This document shows positions 31,386-41,666 of a stretch of 54,619 bases of DNA, in pieces. The notes beneath the pieces were generated by a model. It searched no databases, had not been told where the DNA came from, and was given only the letters and a program-made list of their open reading frames with translations. Numbering within the stretch: position 1 is the first letter of the stretch; each line of letters begins with the position of its first letter. Position numbers and translations under genes: made by a program. Source of the stretch: Syntrophomonadaceae bacterium (lineage in GTDB: Bacteria; Bacillota; Syntrophomonadia; Syntrophomonadales; Syntrophomonadaceae); contig JAAYBS010000151.1 in NCBI GenBank assembly GCA_012718855.1, positions 1-54,619 on the forward strand, read 5' to 3'.

Positions 31386-31871
31386 TTAAATGTTGGTTTT
31401 AAGACCCAGAATCTTTATTAAGAACCTGCTCAGTTCAACTGTCTGTTCAAAAGAAAAAACTGGTTCAGAGTAGGATGATAAATCAAAATCGCTTACGCGG
31501 GCAATTATATTGTCCAGCCGCAATGGATTAGGGTCAATATCCTTACGTAGTACTTCTATTTTTGGGTAGTGGTATTGTTTAAACCCCTCAGTAATAATTA
31601 AGTCGGCCGGCCCTACTTTATTCAGTAAAAATATTAAATCTTCGCTTTCCTGTCGCTGATACTGTATTAGAGTATGCGATGATGCCGCCATCACCTGATC
31701 AGCTCCAGCTGAATATAATCTTCCAGCATCATTGGCATCTATATCCAAATGTTGGGCATGTTTAATAACGGCAATCGTTAAATCCTGCTGTTTTAACTGT
31801 TTGATTACTTCTGTCAGCAGCGTGGTTTTACCTGAATTATGTCGTCCTACAAAAGATACTACTGGTGGCAA
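31386..31871 (-). CDS. mobB: molybdopterin-guanine dinucleotide biosynthesis adapter MobB
   Basis: 161-aa ORF with the P-loop GRHNSGKTTL and MobB length. Confidence 0.85.
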   Translation of the reverse strand: MPPVVSFVGRHNSGKTTLLTEVIKQLKQQDLTIAVIKHAQHLDIDANDAGRLYSAGADQVMAASSHTLIQYQRQESEDLIFLLNKVGPADLIITEGFKQYHYPKIEVLRKDIDPNPLRLDNIIARVSDFDLSSYSEPVFSFEQTVELSRFLIKILGLKTNI

Positions 31872-31957
31872 TATTCATTCCCCTTCCTTTTTAGGTGCTT
31901 AATGATGATTTTTTATGGTATATTAAATAAAATATTTACGGAAAGTAGTGATTTATT

Positions 31958-32413
31958 ATGAAAGAATACCGGACTGATGATATTATTGTTCATTGGGAAT
32001 CAGAAATCTGTTCTCATTCTGCCATATGCCTGAAAAAGTTACCCCAGGTATTTAATCTGGATGCCCGACCCTGGATAAATGTTAATGCCGCCAGCGCTGA
32101 GGAGATTATCCGCCTGATTGATTTATGTCCTTCAGGAGCCTTACGCTACTCATTACCCGAAGGTTCGAAGGTGGATCCGGCTCTGGCAGGTGGTCCGGGT
32201 TCTATGACCATAAAGTATGACGGTCAACCGGTAATAACTATGAAAATACTGCGCAACGGCCCTATACTTATTGATGGTCCCTTTACCATTACCAATACAG
32301 ATGGAAATATCATTAACCGGGAAGGCAAGACCAGTCTATGCCGTTGCGGTTTAAGTAATAACCGTCCATTCTGTGATGGTACTCATGCCAAAAAGGACTG
32401 GAAAGTTGATTAG
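31958..32413 (+). CDS. small iron-sulfur protein: divergent 4Fe-4S mono-cluster domain fused to a CDGSH domain
   Basis: 151-aa ORF. N-terminal C-x-H-x3-C...CP pattern (ICSHSAICL, CPSGAL). C-terminal CRCGLSNNRPFCDGTH matches the CDGSH signature. Confidence 0.7.
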   Translation: MKEYRTDDIIVHWESEICSHSAICLKKLPQVFNLDARPWINVNAASAEEIIRLIDLCPSGALRYSLPEGSKVDPALAGGPGSMTIKYDGQPVITMKILRNGPILIDGPFTITNTDGNIINREGKTSLCRCGLSNNRPFCDGTHAKKDWKVD

Positions 32414-33702
32414 ACTCCGGTCAGTCGACTGGCAATCGCCCGGCATTGCGCTATAACTTCTGGTTCGTTTATAGTTTTTAGCTGACGGTTTTGCATCAAT
32501 ATCCGGCCATCGACAATAACCGTTTCAACATCACTGGCCTGGGAAGCATATACCAGGTTAGCTACCAGATCATAACAGGGAGTCATATGGGCCTGGTTCA
32601 GGTTCATTAGTATAATGTCCGCCTTTAAACCAGGAGTCAGCCTTCCGGTCTGTTTAGTCAGACCCAATACTTCTGCACCGTTGCAGGTAGCCATTTGCAA
32701 AGCCTGATAAGCAGGAATAACGGTAGGATTGGCGGTGTTAACTTTATGCAATAGAGCACAGCTGCGCATTTCCTGAATCATATCCAGGTTATTATTGCTG
32801 GAAGTACCATCAGTACCTAACCCTACTGCTATTCCTGCGGTCAGCATTTCAGGGACCGGGGCAATGCCACTGGCCAATTTCATATTGCTTTCAGGATTAT
32901 GGGCTACTCCCACGTTATTATTTTTTAGAATTTGAATATCGTTTTCACTGAGATGAACACAGTGAGCGGCAACTACCGGAACACTGAATAAGCCTGTCTC
33001 TTCCAAAAGTTCCACCGGACTTTTACCATATTGTTTTTTAATATCTTCAATTTCCCCGCTGGTTTCAGAAATATGAATATGGATACCGGTTTCGGTTTGC
33101 TTAGCTAACTCCATAACGCGGCGCAAATAGTCCGGCGGGCAGGTATAAGGTGCATGAGGGCCCCATTTATACTGAATTCTGCCTCCCGCTGTCTGGTGCC
33201 ATTTTTCTATAAGCTCCAGGGATTCGGTAATTGCCCTCTCATTTTCCGGTCCGACTCCTATCATTCCCCGTGATATTACTGCCCGGATACCGGTTTCATT
33301 AACTGCTTCAGCTACCCGGTCCATATGAAAATACATGTCCATAAATGTAGTAGTACCGGATTTTATCATTTCAACTATAGCCAGCATAGTTCCCCAATAA
33401 ATGTCATCGCCAGTCAGTTTATCTTCCATTGGCCATATTTTGGTTTCCAGCCATTCCTTCAGGGGTAAATCATCAGCATATCCACGCAACAGGGTCATAG
33501 CTGCATGAGTATGGGTATTTATGAAACCCGGTAAGGCCACCTGATCTGTTCCATCAATTACCTGCCCGAAATCTCCCTGGGGCGGCTCCCCCGACATAAC
33601 CTCTTTTATCGTATCATCCTCTACTATTATGTATCCTTTTTCAATTACATTTTCATCACCATCCATCGGAATGATGCTGACATTTTTAATCAGGGTTTGC
33701 AT
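32410..33702 (-). CDS. mtaD: amidohydrolase, 5-methylthioadenosine/S-adenosylhomocysteine deaminase type
   Basis: 430-aa ORF with the HxH metal motif (NTHTHAAMT) and MtaD-like length. Sits next to mtnA and mtnP. Confidence 0.75.
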   Translation of the reverse strand: MQTLIKNVSIIPMDGDENVIEKGYIIVEDDTIKEVMSGEPPQGDFGQVIDGTDQVALPGFINTHTHAAMTLLRGYADDLPLKEWLETKIWPMEDKLTGDDIYWGTMLAIVEMIKSGTTTFMDMYFHMDRVAEAVNETGIRAVISRGMIGVGPENERAITESLELIEKWHQTAGGRIQYKWGPHAPYTCPPDYLRRVMELAKQTETGIHIHISETSGEIEDIKKQYGKSPVELLEETGLFSVPVVAAHCVHLSENDIQILKNNNVGVAHNPESNMKLASGIAPVPEMLTAGIAVGLGTDGTSSNNNLDMIQEMRSCALLHKVNTANPTVIPAYQALQMATCNGAEVLGLTKQTGRLTPGLKADIILMNLNQAHMTPCYDLVANLVYASQASDVETVIVDGRILMQNRQLKTINEPEVIAQCRAIASRLTGV

Positions 33703-33797
33703 GTTATTTTTTCCTCCTCTAATAATGAGCTAAAATTATTTATTTTTACTATATGACATAAATGCCGTATGCAAAATAATTTACTTCACTAAATTAA

Positions 33798-34814
33798 TTA
33801 TAACTGGTTTAAATAGGGAGGCTTAATTATTCCCCGTTCAGTAATAATGCCATCAATAAGTTCATGAGGAGTAATATCAAAGGCCGGGTTAAAAACACTT
33901 ACTTCAGGTACGGTGGCATTAATACCAAATATTTGACGAACTTCCTCCGCCTGGCGTTCTTCAATGGGAATTAAATCTCCGGTTGCAATTTCCCGATCAA
34001 TAGTTGACAGTGGAGCAGCAACATAAAAAGGAATATTATGCTGACGAGCCAGCACTGCCAGCGTATAGGTTCCAATCTTATTGGCAGTATCACCATTGGC
34101 AGCAATACGGTCGGCTCCAGTGATTACTGCATCTACTTTACCCAGTTTCATCGTGTATCCAGCCATACTATCGGTAATTAAAGTTACGGGTATCCGGTCC
34201 TGTAACAACTCCCAAACGGTCAAACGTGAGCCCTGTAATACCGGACGGGTTTCACAGGCCCATACCTGCTCTATCTTTCCCCGTTTAAATGCTGAACGAA
34301 TAACCCCTAAAGCCGTACCATAGCCACAGGTGGCCAGAGCCCCGGCATTACAGATGGTCATAACCCGACTACCCTTATGCAGCAGCTCCTGTCCATATTC
34401 ACCAATCGCCTCATTTATTCTTATATCATCGGTAAACATCTGTTCAGCTTCTGCCATTAACAACTGTCCCAATTCCGGATTAGAAAGGTTAGTTGATTGT
34501 TTATATACATCTTCCATACGCTGCAAAGCCCAGAATAGATTTACTGCAGTTGGCCGGGTTGAAGCCAGTATGTTTTTAATAACCTGAAAGTAATTGTCCC
34601 GCTCCTGTTCGGAACCTTCATATTTAATCATACCCAAAGCCAGACCATATGAAGCTGTAACCCCAATTAACGGAGCACCACGTACTTTCAACCTGATAAT
34701 AGCTTCGGCTACGTCTTCTACCGTACGGCAAGTCTCAAAACTAATTTCTCCGGGTAATTTACTCTGATCCAGAATAATCAAGTGTTCTCCGTCAAAGCGG
34801 ACCGTTTTAACCAT
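33798..34814 (-). CDS. mtnA: S-methyl-5-thioribose-1-phosphate isomerase
   Basis: 338-aa ORF, eIF-2B alpha/beta/delta family (GADRIAANGDTANKIGTY). Confidence 0.9.
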   Translation of the reverse strand: MVKTVRFDGEHLIILDQSKLPGEISFETCRTVEDVAEAIIRLKVRGAPLIGVTASYGLALGMIKYEGSEQERDNYFQVIKNILASTRPTAVNLFWALQRMEDVYKQSTNLSNPELGQLLMAEAEQMFTDDIRINEAIGEYGQELLHKGSRVMTICNAGALATCGYGTALGVIRSAFKRGKIEQVWACETRPVLQGSRLTVWELLQDRIPVTLITDSMAGYTMKLGKVDAVITGADRIAANGDTANKIGTYTLAVLARQHNIPFYVAAPLSTIDREIATGDLIPIEERQAEEVRQIFGINATVPEVSVFNPAFDITPHELIDGIITERGIIKPPYLNQL

Positions 34815-35604
34815 GTTTTCCTACACCTATTTCATCCAATATTTTTACGCAGTCACATTCCCGGGTTTCCGGAAGCAAAGCGGCGCTTTTCATCATAATT
34901 TCCCGCACTTGCTGAATGCGGCTTTTCATCATTTCTACCACTTCGGCATGAGTAAGTATACCAGGTGAAATACCGGCTGCGTAATTAGTTACTATTGAGA
35001 CATTGGCATAACAAATTCCCATTTCCCTGGCCAGGGTAACTTCAGGAACGCTGGTCATACCAATTAAATGACCTCCAAGTTGTTTAAACATTGCTATTTC
35101 CGCCCCGGTTTCAAATCGAGGGCCATCGGTACAAACATATACTCCGCCATTAGCAACATTAATACCGGATAGTTTACTGGCTTCAATTATAGCAGCACGC
35201 GTAACCGGACAATAAGGGACCGTCATATCACAATGAATTACCCCTTCTTCTCCGCCTTCATAAAAAGTTGTAATGCGTGAGCGTGTAAAATCGAGAAATT
35301 GATCAGCTAATACGATATCCCCCGGTTTATATTCAAAATGCAATGACCCTACGGCGGCTGTACCAATAATATGCTTTACCCCTATCTGTTTCAGGGCCAT
35401 AATATTGGCCCGATAATTAATAAGATGAGGTGGCACACTATGATCACTTCCATGTCGGGCAATAAATGCTATCTCTTCATTTCCATAATAGCCGGTTAAA
35501 AGTTTTACTTTTCCATAGCGATTCTCGACGACTTGTTCTTTAATCTGCTCCAGTATCTGGGGATCATATACACCGGTTCCCCCGATAATAGCCATTTTTA
35601 TCAT
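34807..35604 (-). CDS. mtnP: S-methyl-5'-thioadenosine phosphorylase
   Basis: 265-aa ORF, PNP/MTAP family (IIGGTG, GPRFET, GMT). Overlaps mtnA by 8 nt. Confidence 0.85.
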   Translation of the reverse strand: MIKMAIIGGTGVYDPQILEQIKEQVVENRYGKVKLLTGYYGNEEIAFIARHGSDHSVPPHLINYRANIMALKQIGVKHIIGTAAVGSLHFEYKPGDIVLADQFLDFTRSRITTFYEGGEEGVIHCDMTVPYCPVTRAAIIEASKLSGINVANGGVYVCTDGPRFETGAEIAMFKQLGGHLIGMTSVPEVTLAREMGICYANVSIVTNYAAGISPGILTHAEVVEMMKSRIQQVREIMMKSAALLPETRECDCVKILDEIGVGKHG

Positions 35605-35685
35605 ATTGGTTCCTCCTTCCGAGCACCTGAATAATCAGGGGCTCAACAATTGACTCTGCTGCAAAAAGTTCAATGTTCTTATTTT

Positions 35686-35883
35686 GATGCATAAATATTC
35701 CGTCGCAGACTTCGCATGGTAAACGTCCACTGCTTGCCTTGCATCTCCAGGGGGACGTTCCGATTCCGCATCCGTGCAGGGCGTCACTCTCGCCCCGTCC
35801 ATGGGGCTCGCCCCCTTACGATGCTTCGTCTTCGCAGGGTGTTTTTGCCATGCTCGTCAACGGCTCCTGCATACTTATGCATC
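35686..35883 (+). repeat. GC-rich long-hairpin element, copy A (candidate structured ncRNA, unclassified)
   Basis: 198 nt. Closing stem GATGCATAA/TTATGCATC. The 76-nt core at 35745..35820 is 74/76 identical to the reverse complement of 42063..42138. The strand label shows orientation relative to copy B only; the transcribed strand is unknown. Confidence 0.75.
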
Positions 35884-35914
35884 CGAATAAGGTTCTGGTG
35901 GGGTAAACACCAAT

Positions 35915-37009
35915 TTAATCTTCATCGTTATTTTCCGATGTAAACAAGGCAGCCGCAAATGCTTCCGCTGAAAAATCTCTTAAGTCTTCCAGGCCCTCGC
36001 CGATGCCAACCAGTTTAACCGGAATTTCCAATTCCTTTGCAATAGCCAGTACTATACCGCCTTTGGCAGTACCGTCCAATTTGGTTAATATTATACCTGA
36101 AACCCCGGTTACTTCTTCGAAGATTTTTGCCTGACTAATGGCATTCTGTCCGGTGGTGGCATCCAATACCAACAGAACTTCATGTGGTGCCCCGGGAATT
36201 TCTCGTTCGATTATCTTGCGCAGTTTTCCAATTTCTTTCATCAGGTTGGTTTTATTCTGCAAACGGCCGGCTGTATCAATTATTAATACTTCAGTCTTTC
36301 TGGCCCGGGCTGCATTAAGAGCATCATACACAACGGCTCCAGGATCTGCACCTTCCTGTAATTTGATTATGTCTACCCCAATCCGATCTGCCCATATCTG
36401 TAATTGATCAATAGCTGCAGCCCGAAAGGTATCAGCTGCTGCCAATAATACTTTTTTGTTTTCATTTTTAAAACGATAAGCCAGTTTGGCAATAGAAGTT
36501 GTCTTACCGGCACCATTTACACCTACTACCAGTATAACTGAAGGCTGGTACTCATTAATTAAAAGCCGGTTTTCATTGGTCTCCAATAAGGTCTTTATCT
36601 CATCCCTGATTAAAGCCGTTACTTGCTCCGGTTCATTAATTTTATTTTTTTTCGCTGCTGTTTTAACATTCTTTACTAATTCGAGACTGGTTGGTACGCC
36701 CACATCAGCCTCAATTAATATTTCCTCCAATTCATCCCAGAAATCATCATCCAGCTTGCGTGAACTCTTTACCAGGGTATCAATTTTGTTACTGATGTTA
36801 TGTCTGGTTTTGCTTAATCCCCGTTTAAACTTATCAAAAATCCCGTCTTTGGATTTGGCTTCGGATTTTAACTCATCACTTTCTGATTCATCTTTAATCT
36901 GCGTAGCCTCATAAGGTGTTGATTCCTCATAATCCTTTACCAGCAGTTCATTAGATTCTTCCGGCACATTATCTTTTTTCTTGTTTTTAAATTTGTCAAA
37001 TAATGCCAT
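35915..37009 (-). CDS. ftsY: signal recognition particle receptor FtsY
   Basis: 364-aa ORF with an acidic N-terminus and an SRP GTPase domain (GVNGAGKTT, DTAGR, TKLDG). Confidence 0.95.
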   Translation of the reverse strand: MALFDKFKNKKKDNVPEESNELLVKDYEESTPYEATQIKDESESDELKSEAKSKDGIFDKFKRGLSKTRHNISNKIDTLVKSSRKLDDDFWDELEEILIEADVGVPTSLELVKNVKTAAKKNKINEPEQVTALIRDEIKTLLETNENRLLINEYQPSVILVVGVNGAGKTTSIAKLAYRFKNENKKVLLAAADTFRAAAIDQLQIWADRIGVDIIKLQEGADPGAVVYDALNAARARKTEVLIIDTAGRLQNKTNLMKEIGKLRKIIEREIPGAPHEVLLVLDATTGQNAISQAKIFEEVTGVSGIILTKLDGTAKGGIVLAIAKELEIPVKLVGIGEGLEDLRDFSAEAFAAALFTSENNDED

Positions 37010-37026
37010 GATGTTACCCCTTCCTT

Positions 37027-40000
37027 TTATCCAGCCATATTTTCAGCTTCCTTTAAACTGAGAGTAAATACTTTAGAAATTCCTTTTTCCGGCATAGTAA
37101 CCCCCAAAATATGATCACCGCATTCAATCGTAGTCTGTCGATGCGTTATAATTATAAACTGTATTTGTTCTGACATACTCTTTAAAAATCGTGTAAACCT
37201 GGTTAAGTTGGTTTCATCCAGAGCAGCATCAATCTCATCAAGCAAACAAAATGGGATAGGCTTTAAGCGCAATAATGCAAATATAAAGGTTATACAGGTT
37301 AGCGCCCGTTCCCCACCGGATAACAGGTTTAATGATTGTAATTTTTTACCTGGCATTTTTACTTCAATATCTACTCCAGCATCTAACCGGTCGTCGGATT
37401 TTTCCAGTAATAAGCGGGCTTCACCTCCGGAAAACATCTCGGTAAATGTCTGGTTAAAACTCTCATTAGCCAATAGTAAAAAATGTGCAAACCTTTTTCC
37501 CATTAAATTTTCCGTATCACGCAGAAGTTTGTCCAGTGCATCCCTGGCCTGAAGCAGATCTTCATAATGACTGTTCATATATTCAAAACGTGCTTCTACT
37601 TCTTCATACTCCTTTATTGAACCCAGGTCAACAATCCCCAGGTCATCAATTAGTCCATTTAATTCCTGCATTCGGGCTTTATAATTTCTAACCTGCGCTC
37701 CCGACAAAGGTGAGTCTGTTTCGGGAATCGCTTCATTAAATTTTTCCTGCCACCGACTAATATAGTTTTTCAGTTCAGTTTCCATTTTTGCGATCAATAT
37801 TTCACCCTGGTGTATAGCATTTTCCAAACTAATTACCTTTTCCCTAAGCGGATTAACCTCAGTATTCATTTCTTGTAAAAGATTTTGTAATTCCTGATTA
37901 GCCTTTTGTTTTTCCAATAATACTGTATTATTTTTCCCCAATTGAATCGTTAATTTCTCTATTTCAGATTTTATGTATATAATTTTCTGCTGTTCTGATT
38001 CGGTTTCTTCTACCAAGCGATCACGTAACTGTTTAGATTGATTTCGGGATTGCTCATATGAATTTCTCACCTGTTTCAACTGCTCAATACTTTTTTTCAT
38101 ATTGTCCAGTTCCTGACGTTTCATATCAACCTGTTCCTGATAAGATAAACCTCGTTCCCTAAAAATATCCCGATCCCTAATAGCTGTATCAAGCTTTAAT
38201 TTTACCTTTTCCAGTTCGGTACCAAGTTGCTGGTTACGTTGCTGCAATTCTTTTTGCCGGTTATCAAGTTGAGCTTTTTCTTTTAATATTTCATCGCGTT
38301 CAATTTGTATATGTACATGTTGTTCCTGATAAGCCTTTTGTTCATTGGTCAGACGAACTTGTTCGGTTATGGTCTTCTGCTTTTGTTCGTTCATCATATC
38401 CCGTTTCATATTAAATTCGGTTAAATGATGTATAATATTTTCCAGCTGCTTTTCCAGAACTGATAATTTCTCATTAGCCTGTTTCGTCATAAGGCGATTT
38501 TTATCCAACGCCTGCTGGTTTTGTTGCTGTTTTAAGATTAAACTGTTTTCTTCGGCTTTACGTTTTAATGGTCCCTCAGTTTGATTAGGTTTAATACCTC
38601 CAGTAATCGCACCATTGCCATTAAATAATTCACCTTCCAGGGTAACTGTTCGCATAGGATAAGAAAAAGTTTTTAACAACTTTATAGCTACATTCATATC
38701 TCGGGTTACCAATATTCGTCCCAGCAAATATTCTACTGCCAGATTAAAATCGGGGGGATATTTAACTAATTGGGATGCTAACCCTATTACTCCATCAATT
38801 GATAATAATTGATTCAACACTTCTGAGGGTATGCTTTGAACCCGCAAAACATCCAGGGGTAAAAAAGTTACCCGACCTGCCCGCTGTTGCTTTAATAATT
38901 CTATCGCCTGACGGGCTTGTTCCACTTTTTCCACCACCACATTCTCCACCCCACGGCCAACTGCTGTTTCAATAGCAGTCTCCATTCCTGCCGGCACCTC
39001 CAAGGCTTCACCTAAGACTCCTATTAATCCAGGAAATTTATGCTTATTGGCCGGATTCAGAATATATTTTACCCCGGATGAATATCCCAGCAGATTACGC
39101 TGCCTCTCTCTAATCCCCATTAATTCGTTCTCTATCTTTACTCTTTCCAGATCCAGCCTGGCAAATTCAGATTCCAGTAACGCAACTTCCTCGGCCTGTT
39201 GTTTTTTCCCTTGTAAAAGCTGGCGCTGTTGGTTTTCTTCCTGGGCAATACTTCGGTTGATGTTTTCAATATCAGTTTGCAGTCTATCCAATTCTGAAGT
39301 TAATCTTCCCTGTTGATTACCTGACTCTTCTATATAGATAATTGTTCTTTGTCCTTTTTCCGCCAATCTGGCAGCCAAATCTTCAATCTCCCTGATACGA
39401 TTACCGGTACTGGTTTCCTCTCTCATTACATCAAAAGCCAGTAACTTGTGGTCTTCAAATTCACGATTCAGCTGTTCAATAGACTCTTCAACAGCAGTAA
39501 TATTTAGTTTTAATTCTTGATATTCACTTAGTCTAAGCTGAAATTTTTTTTCTTCTTCCTCAAAATCATAACTCATTCGATTCAGATCCTGGCCTATTTT
39601 ATCCAGCATTTCAGCATATTTGGTCTCATCTGTATCATTGGCAGTTAATCGTTCTTCATGATTTTTAATACGTTCTTCACTCAGGCGAATTTCACCTGAC
39701 ATTGAATTCAGCGAGTTTTCCAGAGTATATTTTTCTTCTCTTAGCCGTTCGATTTCCTGTCGTAATTCATCCATCCGCTTAGTATTAGTTTGCCAGTTTT
39801 GCTGCCACTGGTTTAATTTAGTCTGAGCTATTACCAGGGAATCTTTTTTCTCCTGTTGCAGGTTATGCTTCTGCTGGATATCCCGGGTTAATTTATCTAT
39901 CTCATAATGCATTAGCTGTTTATCTAATTCAGTAAGCTCACTGCTAAGAGAAATATATTGCCTGGCCCGGCCGGCTTTTTGTTCAACCTCCAGTTTCCTT

Positions 40001-40599
40001 TCAGTTAATTCGCTCAACAAATCACTAACCCGTACTAAATCCTCACTGGTAGTTGTTATACGTCTTCTGACCTCATCACGCTGCTGGCGGTGTTTGCTTA
40101 TACCGGAAGCTTCCTCTAAAAACATGCGTCGTTCCAAACCCTGACCATTAAGGACCTGCTCAAGTTCACCCTGACCAATAATGGAATAACCCTTTTTACC
40201 TAATCCGGTGCCCATAAATAAATTATGGATGTCTTTTAAACGAACCCGACTACGATTTAAATAAAACTCGCTTTCCCCTGAACGGAATAATTTTCTGGCT
40301 ACCGTTACTTCACTAAATTCTGTAGAAAGAATATGCTCGGCATTGTTTATATCAATTTCAACGTTGGCCATACCTAAAGCTCTATTGTTATCAGTTCCAT
40401 TAAAAATAACGTCTTCACTCTTTTGTCCACGCAGATTGCGGATATTGGCTTCCCCTAACACCCATCTGATGGCATCTACTACGTTACTTTTACCACAACC
40501 ATTAGGACCTACAATAACATTAATTCCCGGTTGAAAATCTATTATGGTGTGATCAGCAAATGATTTAAAACCTTTTATATCGATTTTTTGTAAATACAC
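37027..40599 (-). CDS. smc: chromosome segregation protein SMC
   Basis: 1190-aa ORF with Walker A GPNGCGKSN, long coiled coils, a hinge, the signature LSGGE and Walker B LLDEIDAALD. Confidence 0.95.
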   Translation of the reverse strand: MYLQKIDIKGFKSFADHTIIDFQPGINVIVGPNGCGKSNVVDAIRWVLGEANIRNLRGQKSEDVIFNGTDNNRALGMANVEIDINNAEHILSTEFSEVTVARKLFRSGESEFYLNRSRVRLKDIHNLFMGTGLGKKGYSIIGQGELEQVLNGQGLERRMFLEEASGISKHRQQRDEVRRRITTTSEDLVRVSDLLSELTERKLEVEQKAGRARQYISLSSELTELDKQLMHYEIDKLTRDIQQKHNLQQEKKDSLVIAQTKLNQWQQNWQTNTKRMDELRQEIERLREEKYTLENSLNSMSGEIRLSEERIKNHEERLTANDTDETKYAEMLDKIGQDLNRMSYDFEEEEKKFQLRLSEYQELKLNITAVEESIEQLNREFEDHKLLAFDVMREETSTGNRIREIEDLAARLAEKGQRTIIYIEESGNQQGRLTSELDRLQTDIENINRSIAQEENQQRQLLQGKKQQAEEVALLESEFARLDLERVKIENELMGIRERQRNLLGYSSGVKYILNPANKHKFPGLIGVLGEALEVPAGMETAIETAVGRGVENVVVEKVEQARQAIELLKQQRAGRVTFLPLDVLRVQSIPSEVLNQLLSIDGVIGLASQLVKYPPDFNLAVEYLLGRILVTRDMNVAIKLLKTFSYPMRTVTLEGELFNGNGAITGGIKPNQTEGPLKRKAEENSLILKQQQNQQALDKNRLMTKQANEKLSVLEKQLENIIHHLTEFNMKRDMMNEQKQKTITEQVRLTNEQKAYQEQHVHIQIERDEILKEKAQLDNRQKELQQRNQQLGTELEKVKLKLDTAIRDRDIFRERGLSYQEQVDMKRQELDNMKKSIEQLKQVRNSYEQSRNQSKQLRDRLVEETESEQQKIIYIKSEIEKLTIQLGKNNTVLLEKQKANQELQNLLQEMNTEVNPLREKVISLENAIHQGEILIAKMETELKNYISRWQEKFNEAIPETDSPLSGAQVRNYKARMQELNGLIDDLGIVDLGSIKEYEEVEARFEYMNSHYEDLLQARDALDKLLRDTENLMGKRFAHFLLLANESFNQTFTEMFSGGEARLLLEKSDDRLDAGVDIEVKMPGKKLQSLNLLSGGERALTCITFIFALLRLKPIPFCLLDEIDAALDETNLTRFTRFLKSMSEQIQFIIITHRQTTIECGDHILGVTMPEKGISKVFTLSLKEAENMAG

Positions 40600-41621
40600 T
40601 ATAATTCCTCCCGCGACACTACAGATACATCGCCGGTACTAATTTTACAAATTTGTTCTCCTGTATCTATTAACAATGATCCTTGTTCATCAATACCAAT
40701 ATTTACTCCGGCCAGAATTCGAGAACCCAGATCAACCCTGACTTCCTGTCCCAGATGATAACACAAACTGCAAAACTCCTGCATAATATCAGTAATACCT
40801 GACACTAAAAACCGCTCATAATAACTTTCCATTTGATTTAACACTGTTGCCAGAATATGATTAAGCTCAAAATTCTTATGTTCAGCAACTTGCATGGAGG
40901 TTGCATAATCCCTTATTTCAACCGGAATAGAGTCCAGATCCAGGTTAACATTGATACCAATACCAACTATCAGATAATTAGCAGCACCAATCTCACCCTC
41001 AAGTTCCAGTAAGATGCCGCCAGCCTTTTTCCCACCGATTAATAAATCATTAGGCCACTTAATCTGGCAAGTCGTCTCAGTATAATGCTGAAGAGCACGT
41101 GTGCAAGCTACTGCAAAAACAAGAGATAACAGTGCAGTCCTGGGTAAATCGAGCGGAGGGCGTAATAAAACTGAAAACCATAATCCCCCAGGTGGGGATA
41201 CCCAGCTGCGTCCCCGACGACCTCTGCCTGAATTTTGAGCAGCGGCAATTAAAACTGTACCTGTTGGTAACGATCGTTCCTGCAGCATAGCTTTAAGCCT
41301 GTTATTAGTGGAATCAACCTGAGGTAAAGTCAAGATTTTTCGGCCTATATTTTCAGTTTGTAAATATTCTGCTACTATTTCAGGGATTATTATATTTTCT
41401 ATCTGCTGCAGCTGATAACCCTTGCCCTTAACACTAATGATATTATAGCCTTCCTGTTTGAGAGTTTCCATATGTTTCCATACAGCTACCCTGCTTACCC
41501 CGGTAATATTGGCCAAATCATTACCGGAAATAAACTCCCCCCGGGAAAGCAGCAATTGCTTTAATATTTGTTGCTTCAAAAAGCCAACCCCTCTGAAAAG
41601 ACTAATTAAGCTATTTGACAT
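40599..41621 (-). CDS. birA: bifunctional biotin-[acetyl-CoA-carboxylase] ligase / transcriptional repressor BirA
   Basis: 340-aa ORF with an N-terminal winged HTH (LANITGVSRVAVWKHMETLKQEGY) and the GRGRRGRSW biotin-binding loop. Confidence 0.9.
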   Translation of the reverse strand: MSNSLISLFRGVGFLKQQILKQLLLSRGEFISGNDLANITGVSRVAVWKHMETLKQEGYNIISVKGKGYQLQQIENIIIPEIVAEYLQTENIGRKILTLPQVDSTNNRLKAMLQERSLPTGTVLIAAAQNSGRGRRGRSWVSPPGGLWFSVLLRPPLDLPRTALLSLVFAVACTRALQHYTETTCQIKWPNDLLIGGKKAGGILLELEGEIGAANYLIVGIGINVNLDLDSIPVEIRDYATSMQVAEHKNFELNHILATVLNQMESYYERFLVSGITDIMQEFCSLCYHLGQEVRVDLGSRILAGVNIGIDEQGSLLIDTGEQICKISTGDVSVVSREEL

Positions 41622-41666
41622 ATGAGCGTCAATTCCCTTTTGTGAGCGACTTTTTTAATAGACGCA

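Noticed and set aside
35605-35685. I looked for a SAM or other riboswitch upstream of the mtnP-mtnA-mtaD methionine-salvage genes.
   Set aside because: Only about 80 nt remain between the mtnP start and repeat copy A. No SAM-I, SAM-II or SAM/SAH conserved blocks are visible there.
35716-35943. The 75-aa plus-strand ORF shares the peptide RGTFRFRIRAGRHSRPVHGARPLT with ORFs at 41923..42198 and 41964..42167, so it looked like a duplicated small protein.
   Set aside because: The similarity is confined to the 76-nt near-identical nucleotide core and disappears outside it. There is no RBS, and the Arg/Pro/Gly-rich composition simply reflects GC-rich DNA. The opposite strand is also open (42009..42227). 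It is better explained as a non-coding structured repeat.
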